64,000 bases of DNA. Source: the human T2T-CHM13v2.0 reference genome, Homo sapiens. Location: assembly GCF_009914755.1 (NCBI RefSeq), contig NC_060941.1; one strand, given 5' to 3'. A program made the position numbers and the translations under genes. Below, in pieces: positions 35,690-48,560 of the stretch; the first letter of the stretch is position 1, and each line of letters opens with the position of its first letter. The notes below the pieces were generated by a model. It was not told the DNA's origin. It did no database searches and saw only the letters and a program-made list of their open reading frames with translations.

Positions 35690-36100
35690 TCCTCATGCAT
35701 GCCACAACCTACGCTCCCGCCACCAAGACCCTCTTCCCCTAAACACTCCTCCTGTCCCTCAGGCCCTCATGCCTGGGCACATGCCCATCCTCAGGCCCAC
35801 ATGCCCTTTCTCTCCCATGTTAACCTGAAGTTTTCTTGCTCCTCCTTCAAGACCAAGTTCTGTTGCCTCTTCTGTGCAGATTCCCAATCTCCTCCCAGTC
35901 CTCCCTCACTTCCTCCATGGCCTCCAGTACCTGGCATACACCTCACCACCCAAACCGTCCCATGACTCTGTGCACATGGACTGTCTCCACCAAAACAGGT
36001 GCCTCTGAGGGTGAGGACAGTGTCCATCTTTATATCCACACCCCAAGCCCCAGGGTCTAACCCAGTGCCATACAGAAGTAAACAACCAATCTGCGAGAAT
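35690..36100 (+). mobile_element. L2 3' fragment
   Basis: ctccttcaagaccaag ... ctgagggtgaggacagtgtc...tatatcc...cccagtgccatacag. Confidence 0.6.
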
Positions 36101-36309
36101 GGGAAGGGAGGAAGGAGGGAAGGAAGTAGGGGAGGGAGAGAGAAAAGGCAGAGTAATGCCATTTTTCCAATGAGAGAATGATAACTCCTAGTCCTACTCT
36201 CCAGACAAGGATCTGGGGTCTGGGAGGAGGAAGGGGTCTGAGGTCAGTGGGGAACCCTGCACGTCCCTACCATGGCTATAACTTGAGGCCTCTGAGTTCA
36301 GAGACAATG

Positions 36310-36480
36310 ACAAATAGAGCTGAAAGTCATTAATGGCCATCAAGCCCTACTCACCCATTTTCTAGATGAGGAATCTGAGGCCCAGAGAGGGGCAGCAAAT
36401 CATCTAGGTTGTTTAGGGAATTCATGTCAGAGCTGGAACAAGAATTCACGTCTCTGTTGAACAATTTCCGCTGTGCCATA
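36310..36480 (-). mobile_element. MIR (MIR3-like) SINE
   Basis: cccattttctagatgaggaatctgaggcccagagaggggcag. Confidence 0.75.
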
Positions 36481-37264
36481 CAGCCAATCCTGTTCTCCAG
36501 GCCCTGTGCCCTGCTGCCCCACCAAACATCTTCAGGCTTTGCTGGGTGTGCTCCATGAATGTAGGCTGGTGACAGAATTTGCAGGGAGTACTGAACTACA
36601 AGGCTGATGCCCTTGGTTGAGGCCAGGCTTAGGATGAGTTAGAAAGAGAAAACATTGACAGTGTTGGGAAACCTCGACCATGGGACCCACATTTGCTACT
36701 GTTGATGGAGACCCCAGAGATCCTCCAGTCCCACCTGTTCATCTTTCAGGACAGGGAAATAGGTAATCCTCTCAGCTTCAAGGTCTTGGGCCTCAGATCT
36801 GCTGCATGGCTGGCCAGCCCAGCCCAGCCATGTCCCCATCTCCTGCACCAGCCCCTGCCCCAGGACCATTTCCTGGACTAGAGATGGTTGGCATGATACA
36901 CTCATCTATACTGGTTTCTTCTTGGCCATCCCCATTCCCCTTCCCAGAATCTCAGAGACAGACAGTCCATCCCTGCCCCTGGGTAAAGGGCTGGCTGAAA
37001 CCATACCAAAGACATTGGATTTTAAAATGGGTGAAGTAATACCGATGATTGGAAAGAGAGTGAGACAGTGCTGAACCAGAGGGGCCTGCTTCTTCCAAGA
37101 TAGCAGAGCGGGGTCCGGTGGCTCCTCCATCAGTCCTCTGCTGGAGCTTGCTCTGTCAGGGATGCTGGGAGCAATGGCTGCGGAAAATCTTGTGCTGCTC
37201 CCTGATGAAGGTGACGATGATGGTGAGGAGGAGGAGGAAGATGGGGAGGAGGACCAGAAGAACT

Positions 37265-37460
37265 AAACATCAGCAGAGTGTCTTCCGAGCACTTGCCCTG
37301 CAGCAGACACTGCGTTGAGTGCTTTACTTGATTATACACATGATCTCATTTAATCCTCACAACAACTAAGAGGTGAATATTAATTTGCGGATGAAGAAAT
37401 TGAGGCTCAAGGAGGTTAATAACTTGCCAATGTCAAAGATGCAGAAAGTGGTGGAGCCAT
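37265..37460 (-). mobile_element. MIR SINE
   Basis: atctcatttaatcctcacaacaac ... gatgaagaaattgaggctcaaggaggttaataacttgcc. Confidence 0.88.
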
Positions 37461-38769
37461 AGTCACAAGTCCTATGTGATTAACTGTCTCAGGTGGAGGG
37501 AGAGAGAGATGCACAGAACAAAACAGACATGCAGGGAAAGACCTGCAAAGCCACTGAGTCCTTTCCAATCCCCATCAATTTTCAGAATAAAAAAACCAAG
37601 TTCCAGAGGGTGCCATGGCTTGCCTAAGATTACACAGCAATCCCGCAGGATGGCAGCCAGCTGGGACTTAAGCTCAGGTCCATGTACCGGAGTCCATGGT
37701 CCCACCATACTGCCAAGTCTCTGAAGCCCCTGGTGCAGGAAATGGAGGAAGATGACAAGAGTTATCTGCCTGCACCTGCTGCTGGCCGCTTTGTCTCCTC
37801 AGGGAATGGATGTGGCGGCAAGAGAAACACCTCACAGCCTCACACAAAAGTGGAAGTTTGCAGTGAGGGGAAGCTGAAGATGGGGGTGGAGAATGGACTC
37901 CACAAGGGTTCCCAGGAGAACTGGAAAAATGATAGGGACTCATGCCTCTGCAGGTAGTGGGGGCTTACCCCGGGGACATTCAGTGTTGCTCAGGCCCTGC
38001 TCTGACAAAAAGCTCAGACTAGCTGAAATAACATATATATGTTATATGTATGACAATATAGAATATATATTATAGAATATAGATTATATAGAATGCCTAG
38101 CAGGGTGCCTGATATACAGCAGGGCTCAAAATCTCCTCTGGAGGGAGCTTATTTATTTTTTACCCAAGTATTTATTGATTACCTACTATGCATGATGTAG
38201 CACCCATGAAGCTCCTTCAAGCATCCACCCTGAGCCCACGCCAAGGACCAGGCACTGCGAAGCTCGCCCCCAGCTCTCTGCAAGGTTGCACGGCTTTAGG
38301 CTCCTCTCACGCCCAGCTTCATCCTCTTGTGTGCTCCAGCTGGCTCTGAAACTCCCAGTGTCCACCTCCAAGGACACTTGCCCACCCACTAAACATGGGG
38401 CTTATCGCCGGATTTTCCTAGAGTTGGATTTCTTGAACCCAACATAGGGGTCAACCCATCTAAGGGTAGATATAGACACACAATTTGTATTGTATAACCA
38501 TAAGGAAAAGGCAAAAGTAACTTGGAAGACAGTTCAAAAGTTGTGAGATGCATTATCGACTTCCTAGATATTGCCCAGGTGCCTCCTCAACCAAGATTCC
38601 AATAGATTCTCTGGCTCTGGGGTCTCAACTGGCCTTGGAAAATGCACCTCCTTGGTGGATAGTCATCCTGCTTGCCTTCCTTACCTGCCCAGGGCAGAAT
38701 CAGGTGTGAGGCACTATGCTATGGGAATGACAGCACATCTATACCCTCCTGGAATCTTCCTGCAACTCT

Positions 38770-39010
38770 ACAAAAGAGCTTGGGAGTCAAGCAGCCCTAG
38801 TTCAGTTCCCAGCTCTGCCTTTTCTAGCTATGTGACTGTGAGCAAGTTATTTAACCTCTCCGAGCTTCATTCCCCACAAAGGAAGATGATAGCAATTCCT
38901 TACCTGTCTCCTGGGGTTGGTGAGAGGATTAAATGAGATAATACAACTAGAAAAACTTGCATACTCCTGAATCACAGGAGGAGCTCAATAAATGGAAGCT
39001 GTGATTATTA
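38770..39010 (+). mobile_element. MIR SINE
   Basis: ctagctatgtgactgtgagcaagttatttaacctctccgagc ... gtgagaggattaaatgagataa ... gctcaataaatg. Confidence 0.9.
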
Positions 39011-41890
39011 TGCTCAAGTCTCCACCTCCAAATCAATTGCTCTGTTTCTCAACTCTCCCTGCATGATGTCAGTACCATGCCCTGTGGGAAACAGAACTGA
39101 GCAAAGTCTTCTCCCATGGCTGATCTCCACCCACAATCTCAGAGGGTCAGGGCAGCCACACATGGCTGGGGACAGCTGCTGGTTCCATTAGCAGCCAGAG
39201 AAAGGAGCAGAGACGTGCATTCCTCTAATAGCCAGGTTATTTTCCACTTCACCCGCTGATAGTGAAAGCAGAGTGAACATGGGGGCAGAAGGCGAGGGAG
39301 CCTGGGAAGAGGCAATGCTAACAGAACCAGGAATGCCTATTCTCCACCCCAGGCCCCTTTGTTCATGGGTCCCAAACAAGCAGCTCAGAGACTCCTAGTC
39401 CAATTCCGGCCCCTTAGATGCTCTGCCAGTTTCCCTCCCAGGGAGAGATCAAGCTATTAGCCAGTGTGTGACCACCCACCAGAGTCACCTTAGTCTCAGC
39501 CTTAGCTGGCAGGACAGGAAGGTACTTGTTGAACTTCCATTTCTCCCTGCCTATTCTCCTTGGAACTTAGAATTGCAGACAGGCCTGAAGATTCCTGGGG
39601 ACTTAGCTTTACCCTGCTGGCTCTGAGTCAGAGACTTGCAGTCCAGACCATGGATGGCTGCAATCGGGCAGCAAGCAGCATTGCAGCCTCAATGGGAGGA
39701 GGTCCAGGTGACCAGAAGGAGCAGGGGCAGGTGAAATGATGAAGTCTGGGCAGGTGGGGATAAGGCAATATGGCTGCAAAAAGTAAGGAGACAGCTGTAG
39801 GGACAGGACCCCCTTCCTAGAAGAACCCTTATCCCAGAGGAAATAGTTTCCAAACAGAAGTACCAGGCAGGCCCTTGATGACAGGGTTGGCAAGAGCCAG
39901 GGCCAATAGTCGGAGCTGGACCAGCAGCTCAGCTGGGTTCTTTCACATTCCTTCCTCCCAGGGGGCAGAGTTGGTCCTCTTCTGAGTGTGACTGAGGCCA
40001 CAGAAAGAAGTATAGGAGTTTCAGGTGATCCAGGGACAGGGCAGACAACCAAGTCAGGGGCACACTACTGGCTTCACTGGATGCCAGTGTGGAGAATTAG
40101 CATATATCTATTGTGCCCCTGGTATATGCTCAACACTATCCAAAGGGTCTGAGTTCCATCTATGAAGAAGGGCCAGGCCAGGTAAGAAGTGCTGACCACA
40201 GGGGCTCAGGAATGGGTCTCCTGGGAGCTGAGATAAGCAGGAACATTATCCAGAGGGCTGACAGGATCCTCAAAGAGCAAAGGCAGGGAGGCAGAGCCAA
40301 GGTGGGGAACCAGCAGCGGCCAGCTTGGAAACAGAACAAGACCGTAAACTCCTTCTGCAAGGACTATCCATGCATGGCATATACAGGAAGCTAATTAAAT
40401 ATTCATTAAATGAATGAATGAAGGAGCAAACCGTTAAAGATTAAATGCCACAAATCCTGGGGCTATGGCTTCTTTTTCTGAATTCTTAGAGCACTTCATG
40501 CCCAGTCCAAGTACCCAACTATGCCTGAGCCAACTTGGTACCACAATTATGTTTCTTGTGTCCACCTCTCTGGCCACGGGCAACCTGCTAATATTGAGAG
40601 ATCCCTGGTCTGGGTGTCCCCCACCCTGAGTGTGCCTTCTAACTGTTCCAGACTGATGTAGAGCCCTGGGCAAATCATCCCTGGGGCTTCAAGTACTTCA
40701 TTTTTAAGTGGTGGAGTCAGACAAGAAGATCCTCCAAGGACCCTAATGGCATGAATATCCTGATTCTGTAAGACATAAGAAAAGTGCTGATCTGTGCTCA
40801 ACTGTCCTTGGCATTCTCACTTTTGATTTCACCTCCTTCTCAATGCAGTCCTGTGAAGAGAGCTCCCCAAGGCAGCATCTATGCTTTAAGCACCCCCGAG
40901 TTCCCAGCCATGCCCGGCACAGTGCCAAGCATACTGTAGGTGCATAGTAGCACATAGCCTCATAGTTCACTGTGGGCACATATAATACATGGTCAGACTG
41001 GTAGCTTTCAGGGCTAGAATGGCATGAAAGTGATCTGGTCCAGCCCAAGGCCACCAACAGGTAATTTAGTTCAGAACCACAAACACTTATTCAGTGGCTA
41101 TAGCATTCAAGCACCATGCCAGGCACAGTGGTACACAGACAAAGGATCTGCAAAGAAAACATTGAATCCCTTTCCTACCCTTCTGCTGTGCTGAGCTGAA
41201 CTCTCTCCCCAGGAGAGCAAGACCCCCCAGGTCTGAGAAGAATGCACTCTACCGAGATAGATGCAGAGCCCTCTGTGGCCAAGGGGGCTGGGCATTCTCT
41301 GGACAAGCAAAAGCAGCTGACACCAACAGAATTGCACTTCACTTGGCAGACAGGCTAGGAGGGGAAGACAACCACTTCCCAACAACAAGCATTAGGAGAC
41401 AAGCTATTTGAAGTACAGGATTGGGGTCCCTCTCCCTGGACATTGCCAGGGTACCCATTAGCCATCAGCATTCTTTCCCTCCAATCATCCTTCTCCATAC
41501 ATTCTGTTCCTCTCCGTCTGAAGTTGGTCCATGACCACAGACAGCACTGGGCTTGGACAGCTACGTGGGACCAGTGACAACAGAGCAGGGGATGGGAAAA
41601 AAAAAGCCTTTTCCAGAAGGGAGAAAGGGGCAGTGGAAAGAAGTTCCTCTCCCTCCCCCAAGAAACACTCACTCCCAATGCCAAATCCACTTTCAAAATA
41701 ACAGGAAAAGAAGTGCAAATGCTGGTTCCTGCTTTGAGATGAAATCCTCCTTCCTCTGTCTCTAGACTCCATTAAGCATTCTGGAAGAGATGGAAAGTGA
41801 TTATGGGAAAAGAGAGAGGGCTCATGGCAGGGGAAGAGAGGGAAGGAGAGAAGGCGGACGACAGCTAAGTGAGCCCAGGCACATGCCTGG

Positions 41891-41897
41891 GTGCGCG

Positions 41898-41936
<39 letters not shown>
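41891..41936. repeat. GTGCGCGCACG(CA)17 microsatellite (alternating purine-pyrimidine)
   Basis: Read directly from the sequence. Confidence 0.97.
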
Positions 41937-41938
<2 letters not shown>

Positions 41939-42409
41939 AAAGATCCCCTTATCTGATTAAGAATCCAAGGGAAGTTGAAAAGCTTTGGGAAAATTAAAAT
42001 AACCCACCAGGTTAACCAGCCAAGATCTGCAGGCAGATTATGAAAACCAAGTGGAGTGGGGATTTCCTTTGCTCTGGGTGAGTTCTCCAGGCTCTAGTTC
42101 TTAGGCCAAAGGACAGCAAGTCAGCCAAAGAGATGGAGCTCAGGGTGGCATTTGCCCCACTGGGGTTCCAACCCTTATCACAGCAGGGCTGTGGCTGTTG
42201 CCTGCACCCAAGCCAATTTCTTTGCAAGGCTCAGAGGAAAATGGAGACAAGGACCAGGCCTTCATCTGCCCAGAGGCTTGAAGACTGGATGCCATTTCCT
42301 CCTTCCCTCCCTGATTTCTGGTTCTGGCCTCTATCAAAAATGCAGTGGTTTCGGGTATGGATGCAACATCTTCCCTAGACTCTGACCACCGAACAGAATG
42401 TCTAGGAAT

Positions 42410-42560
42410 GTTGTGGCTGGCCTGGGTCAAGCTCCACTCTGCCATCACCTGCACCAGTGACTTTAGGCAAGTACCTTTCCTCTCTGGACCTCAGTTCTTC
42501 TGGCTACAAGTGGGCCATAAGACTCAATGCTCTCCATAGGCCCCTGTAGCTCTGGATTTT
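42410..42560 (+). mobile_element. MIR/MIR3 SINE
   Basis: cctgggtcaagctccactctgcc...gtgactttaggcaagta...ctctggacctcagtt. Confidence 0.75.
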
Positions 42561-43679
42561 AAGACCGCCTGAGAGTAGGACTGCACCCTTCACAGGGAGT
42601 TTGTCACACTGCGCTGGTAGATCCTTGACTCTCTGTCCCTCTGTGATAGAATAAACAGGATGATCGTGAGATGTGTTTCTTCTCTCAGAGCTACTGAGGC
42701 AGGCCTGGGTTCACAAAGGGAGAAGAAAGTTTAAACACCACAGAGAACATCAGCTTAAAATGGGAACAGCCCCTCCAGCATGCCTGCAGAGCTGTTTGCC
42801 GAGCTCTATAACATATTTGCAAACATGCCAGAATACACATATTAGGAAACTAACAAGTTGCCTGGCATTGAAAATATATTATACACAATGTCAGATATAT
42901 TTAATATGCATCTGCAATGATCCTTTTTTCTCTGCTTGCAATGATATACTTTGCTTTTTTTTTTTTATTTTGAAGAGTTCATTTCCCATGATGTTACAAC
43001 CAGCCAGTGGTATTAACTTAGCCACTTGACCAGGCCCAGCACAGCATGGTGCACACTGTCAGCACTCAATAGATGTGGGGGTTTCCGGGATGCACAAATT
43101 AAACCCCCTGACAGGAGTGACTTTGGGCTCTGTGGTCACCTGGAGCCAATGAGGACTGCGGCTGCGCTCTTAATTTCTCTCCCTTGGAGGATGCAGTAAG
43201 AACCTTGGCTTTATTAGCTCTGGAAATATTACTTCATCCTCTTGGGGAACTTCTTGTTTCTTGGCAAGTTGCTCCTGGAACTGCTCTAGCTCAACCCTGA
43301 GGCCTTAAATGTTGGATTTCTCAAATCCAAAGAAACAAGAAAGCTTCAATTCTGGATTTTCTTCTTTTATTTTTCTTTTCTACTTCCAAGTGTCAGATTC
43401 CTGGGCTGTGAAAAGGAAGGTGCTAATGACCATTTTCAGGGTTGCTGTGAAAATTCAATGGGATTGTGGACAGGGAAGGTATTTGCATTTCCTTCTTTAT
43501 GTGCACACACATTCACTCAACAAACACTAGGTATAGATTCTTGTTACAAGCCAAGCACCATGCTAGGCAGTAGGGATAGAGTTTTCTCGATGGTCCTCGT
43601 TCTTGAGGAACATAGTCAGGGGAGGAAACATGAGAACAAATGATAACACTGCACTACCAAAGGAAGAGGGAAAAGCCAC

Positions 43680-43905
43680 ATAGCAAAGAGACTCTAGACC
43701 CTGAAGACTTGGGTTCAATTTTACCCCCACCCCTTGGTGGGTGCTCTAAAATGTTGGGTAAGTTACTTAACCCCTCTAAGCCTTGATTGTTTCACCTGCA
43801 AGATGGGAAGAGGATTAGCTATTCTCTAGAGCTGTTTTCAGGACTGGAGTTATAAAAGTGCACCACAGCACAATGCCTGGCACAAATTGAGCTTTCATAA
43901 ATAAA
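43680..43905 (+). mobile_element. MIR SINE
   Basis: ttgggtaagttacttaacccctctaagcc ... acaatgcctggcaca. Confidence 0.8.
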
Positions 43906-43929
43906 CAAAGATAGGAACCAAGGGTTTCA

Positions 43930-44930
43930 GACCTATGGAAAGGGGAGCTAAGAACTGTACCTAGAAATGTGAGGGATACCTTTTAAAAGATGCGGCCTTT
44001 GAGTGAGATCTTATAGGAAAAGAAGATGTTTATCAGGCAGAGATGGGGGAGGAGTCACAGGGCAAAGAAACCACATAAACAAACCACAGAGGCATGGGAA
44101 CACTGAGGAACCTGGGGAACAATGAGAAGTTGGGAACTGCTGGATCCTGAAGTGCTTGGAAGAGGACTTGAGGGATGAAGCTCGAAATATGAGCTAATAT
44201 CTGAAAGCAAATTGGAGGCTGTTGGAGAATTTAGACAGGAAACTTTCATAACAAGATGTATTTCATAGATCAAGCCCCGAGAAGGGGAGTGAAGCAAAGT
44301 TGAGCTCGGGAGGGGAGATTGCAGACTAGGAGGTGGCTTCATTGATCCACATAAGTAATGATACATGCTTGAAATGAAGTAGTGGTAGAAGTGGAGAAGG
44401 AGGAGTTAGCCTAGGAGACACTAGGTCTTAGGAAGAGGAGAAGCAGTGGGATATAGAGGATACAGACCAGGAGTCTGGCATGTGTGACTGGGAAATGCAG
44501 GGGACTACACAGAGCCTGAGAATACAGGGAAAGGAGCAGAATTGGGGGATAAAAGAGAATATTCAGGTATGAATATATTGTGGTAAATGGGTGCTTGAGA
44601 TGAGGAACCCATGTGGAATAGTCAAGAAAACAGCTGAATAAACACATTTGGAGTGCAGAAGCAATGCCTGGGCTGGGAATAAGGATTGCAGAGTCCTGTA
44701 GGTTCAGGCATTTGAAGCCAGGGAGGGTGTAAGTTCTTACTAGAGTAATTGAGGGACGTCAGGACCAAGGACAGAGCTGTGTGACTGATAACATCCATTG
44801 ATAGGAAAAGGGAAGGGCAGAGTACTCACCTAAGACTAAGAAGAATTGGTCAGGGAGGCAGGCAACAGGTGAGAGGCATAGAGCTTCTAGAAGGAAGAAA
44901 TAGCCCCAAATGTCACATGTTGCAGAGGGG
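43930..44930 (-). mobile_element. Older L2 fragment (continues at 45582-45900)
   Basis: Purine-rich antisense L2 motifs: ggaatagtcaagaaaacagctgaata, ctgggctgg, aagaattggtcagggagg, aatgtcacatgttgcagag. Confidence 0.7.
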
Positions 44931-45580
44931 CCTGGCCACACCCCTGCCCCCTTTAGTTTATTCTCTACACAGCAGCCAGAAGGATGCTTTTAAATGTAAG
45001 TCAGACCACTCATTTCTCTGCTCCAGTCCTTTGATTTCTTCTCTTCTCATTCAAAGTTACAGACGAAGTTCTCACCCCAGCCTGAAAGGCTACATGGCCA
45101 TGTCCCTGTTAACTCTGACCCTATCTCCTACGACCATCCCCTGACTCACTTTCCTCCAGAAACACTGGCTTCCCTGCTGCTTCTTAAACTCACCATATGT
45201 ACTGCTACATTTGCACTTGCTGCTCCAGCACCTGGAACCCTCCATCCCAGCATCCACATGGCTACCCTCCTCCCTTGTTTTGTTTCAGTTCTCAGTTCAA
45301 ATTTCATCTTCTCAGAGACTTTCCATGACCACCTAAACATCATGCGTCTTCCACGATTATCTCCCTCATCCTGCTCTGTTTTCTCCATAGCACTGACTGC
45401 CATTGCCTCATTGTTTCCATGATAGTATGTAGTCTGTCAACCTTGTCCACTTGGATGTAGGTGCTATGACAGCAGGGACTCGCTTCTGTTTTGTTCATTA
45501 CTTTATCTCTAGGGCCTAGAATGATGCTTAACATATAGTAGTAACTCAACAATATTTGTCAAATAAATGAATGAATGAAG
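44931..45580 (+). mobile_element. L2a-like 3' end nested in the older L2
   Basis: ttctctacacagcagccagaaggatgcttttaaatgtaagtcaga ... tttgcacttgctg ... ctcaacaatatttgtcaaataaatgaatgaatgaa. Confidence 0.88.
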
Positions 45581-45959
45581 CTGAAGAAGATGAGAACTAC
45601 ATAATTCCCACTGAAGTTGACAACCAGGAAGTCATAGGTTGGACAGGGCTTGATGGGGACAGAAGCCTGGCTCCAATAGGTGTGGACAGTCTGGGAGGTA
45701 AGGGAGTAGAGTAGGGCAAGGAAGAGAAAAGGTGGTGACTGGAAGAAGCAGCAGGGTTGAGCAAGCACATATCCCAAGGGCACAAGATACTTAAGTACAC
45801 TCTTATGTTGAGGTGAAAGAGCCAAGGAAGACAGTAAGGTTGAAAATATGAGAGAGAGAGAAAGTGTAATTGATGGACCCAAATCCCAGAAGTTGCAGGA
45901 AGAACTATAAATTGCTAAGCAAATAAAATAGACTGTTTCTTGCTGTTTATCCTTGTATC

Positions 45960-46180
45960 ATAGGAAGAGTGAAGTCTCTGCAAAGGAAACAGGGTCTGAG
46001 TTATGTCTTGCCTACCCAAAGCTTTACTGGCTGTGGACCTTGCAGAAGCTGTCTAAGCTTTCTTTGCCTCAGTTTCCTTCCTGCACTATAGGGATGAAAT
46101 TTCCTACCTCGTATATTGCTGAGAGATTTGATGAGAGAATTCATTTGTAAAGTGTGTGGTACTCGGAGATCACGCCACAA
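45960..46180 (+). mobile_element. MIR SINE
   Basis: gctgtggaccttg...tttgcctcagtttccttcctgc...tagggatga. Confidence 0.8.
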
Positions 46181-46737
46181 ATACCAGCTCCCCCTCCCTT
46201 TACATTACCATCTGCTCAGCCAAGAAGGAAATTTGACAAGTACTTCCTTGACAACATCAGCCAACACCAGGGCATCCTTTCCTCAAAAGTCACTACTGAA
46301 TGAAATTGACAGCCCAGCCTCTCTAACAGACTCCCCTGCAGCAGCAGGAGGAAGGATGCTCTCTCCCTGTCACAGCACCTCAAGCCCCCACCTGAGTGCT
46401 GAATCCAACATACCAATGCCAGCCTGGCCAGGAGGGTCTTAAGAGGCTGGAGAGGACATTGATTCACTAATGTGAGCCTCTGTTGCCACTGATCCCAAAA
46501 TGCTTAGGGCCACCAAGGACCACATATCGAACTGTATAGTGAGAAGGGTGGGCTACAGCTTAGATTCTCTGGCTTCACCTGCCAGACCTTCCCCTTAACT
46601 AGCTGAGCAACCTGGGGCACAGCACCTATCTGCCCTGAGCCTCCCAACAATCCTACAAAGCATATTTTATTTGCCCATTTTACCCACAGAGAAATCGAGA
46701 CTCAAAAATGTAAAATAACATACTCAGGGTCACACAG

Positions 46738-47163
46738 TGTATATCAGGAAGCCAAAGACAGACCAAAATGGAATTAATCTGAGTCTAATAAAAGGTTATT
46801 TGTGAAAACATAGAGCATAAGGAAACAACAGAGATGTGGAAGTACCTGGGGGTAGGTAACTACAGGTGTCTTTAGCTGATTCCTAGAACCCAAGGATAGA
46901 AGGGGCTGTGTGGAGAGGGCCAGCTGTCAGCAGTCACGTTCTTTAGCTGAATGACACCATGTGTTGAGGGGGAATGGAGAATTAAATACTCCAACCTCAC
47001 TTTTCCCCCTCCCTCCCATCTCCTATTGGTGCTCTCTATGACATGAACCCAATCATAAGCCAGGGGACAAAGGGAGCCCACCAATGCAGTCGATACAGGT
47101 CAGCCTCACTGGCACAGGTAGTAGGGAATGGATCTGGAGGGCAGATGGAAGATATTCAGTACA
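46738..47163 (-). mobile_element. LTR33-like ERVL solo LTR inserted into a MIR
   Basis: TG...CA termini. The minus strand begins tgtactgaatatcttccatctgccctccagatcca (LTR33-like). Perfect TSD CACAG at 46733-46737 and 47164-47168. Confidence 0.85.
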
Positions 47164-47276
47164 CACAGCTAACTCTTAAATGTCAGAGTAAGAACTTGAA
47201 TCAGGGCTATCAGACCCCTGCCACTACAATGCCATTTCCTGTAGATCCTCAGTAAATGGTCATTGAATGGTTGAAA

Positions 47277-47339
47277 GGATGGATGGATGGATGGGTGGAT
47301 GGATGGATGGATGGATGGATGGATGGATGGATGGATGGG
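47277..47339. repeat. (GGAT)n microsatellite
   Basis: About 15 units with ggGt interruptions. Confidence 0.96.
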
Positions 47340-48374
47340 TAATTCATGAAGACTTCATTCATGTGCCTTTGATTAATCTTGTCACCTGACTAGAAATATG
47401 AGGCATGTTAGAAAGTTTATTTCTAAGCCATAAATGGGTTCTAAGAATAAAAGCCTTCTTCCCAGTTTGTACATCCCTGTAGGAGTTGCTTATGTCTCTC
47501 TGGCCTCTGGCTCATTTTTCCTGCTATTGCTGCTGCTGCTGTTGCTGCTGGAGCTGCTTCTCTCTCCAATATTTGAGCCTTGAGTAGGGTCAAGCTTCCT
47601 GCAAACAAAGTGAAGAGAAGGCAGAGGTCAGAGGAGGCTGTTGCCCTTGCTCCCCCCGGGACTGGAGTGCAAGGCTAAGTTAGCCAGCTTCTCTGTGAGT
47701 TCAAGGGAGCTGCGGGGGTGGAAAGAGGAGGGAAGTGGGAAGGCAGGATGTTCACTGTAATTATTTTCATTGATTTGTCTACTCGGAACCCAAGTGCTTC
47801 AAAGCCGTTGTGACATTTAATAAAAATAATTCAAGGTAAAAATACCTCTTCCTCTCTGCTCCCTCCTCCCCTTTCATCAGCATCACCTCAGTTTGCAAAG
47901 GTGGGAACCTACCAAGGGAGAAAAGGCTGGGGACATGGAGTCTGTAGGTCTGGATTGGAGACTGTACTATTACCAGCTGGCTAGTGACTCCAAGCAAGTT
48001 TCTGTCCCTCTCTAAATGTTGGCTGCCCCTGCTCTAAAATTAAGAGATAAGCTAAATATGGAAGGTCCTAGTGCGGAGGCAACAGTCCAGGATTCTAATG
48101 CACCATTCTGGGGCAAAAGGGCATGATTTCCCCACAACTTCCTGCAGATCTTGTTCCTATCTGTTGAGTTCATTTTTTATCTTTACCATTTGACAAAGGA
48201 AGGACCTCCCATACTACCATTTCTTGCTAGTTTCCAGGTCATAGGAGGTTCATGCTTCCCCTTCTCTGTTCTTTCTTCATTGTGAAATAAATAATATTCT
48301 GTCCATTATATAGAGAGGATAAACAAATGCTAGAGTGACAATTAGTGTTACCTTGCCTTGTCCACTGACTATAC

Positions 48375-48560
48375 ACCTGAAGCTTTAAATATATGACCTT
48401 GAATCCTGACAACAACTCTTCCCTATAGAGGCTTGAGGAAACTGAGGCTCAGAGCAGTTAAATCTGCCACCTAGAGAAGCACAGATAGACAGTAGCAAAG
48501 CTGGACTCTGACTCAGGTCACTGTGACTCCAGAGGCCACAGCTCTCACTGCTGGCTCTCA
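48375..48560 (-). mobile_element. MIR SINE
   Basis: tgaggaaactgaggctcagagcagttaaatc ... tgtgactccagag. Confidence 0.8.

Noticed and set aside
37203-37265. Acidic DEGDDDGEEEEE-like coding stretch
   Set aside because: GAT/GAG low-complexity sequence abutting a MIR tail; ends in a stop with no supporting exon context.
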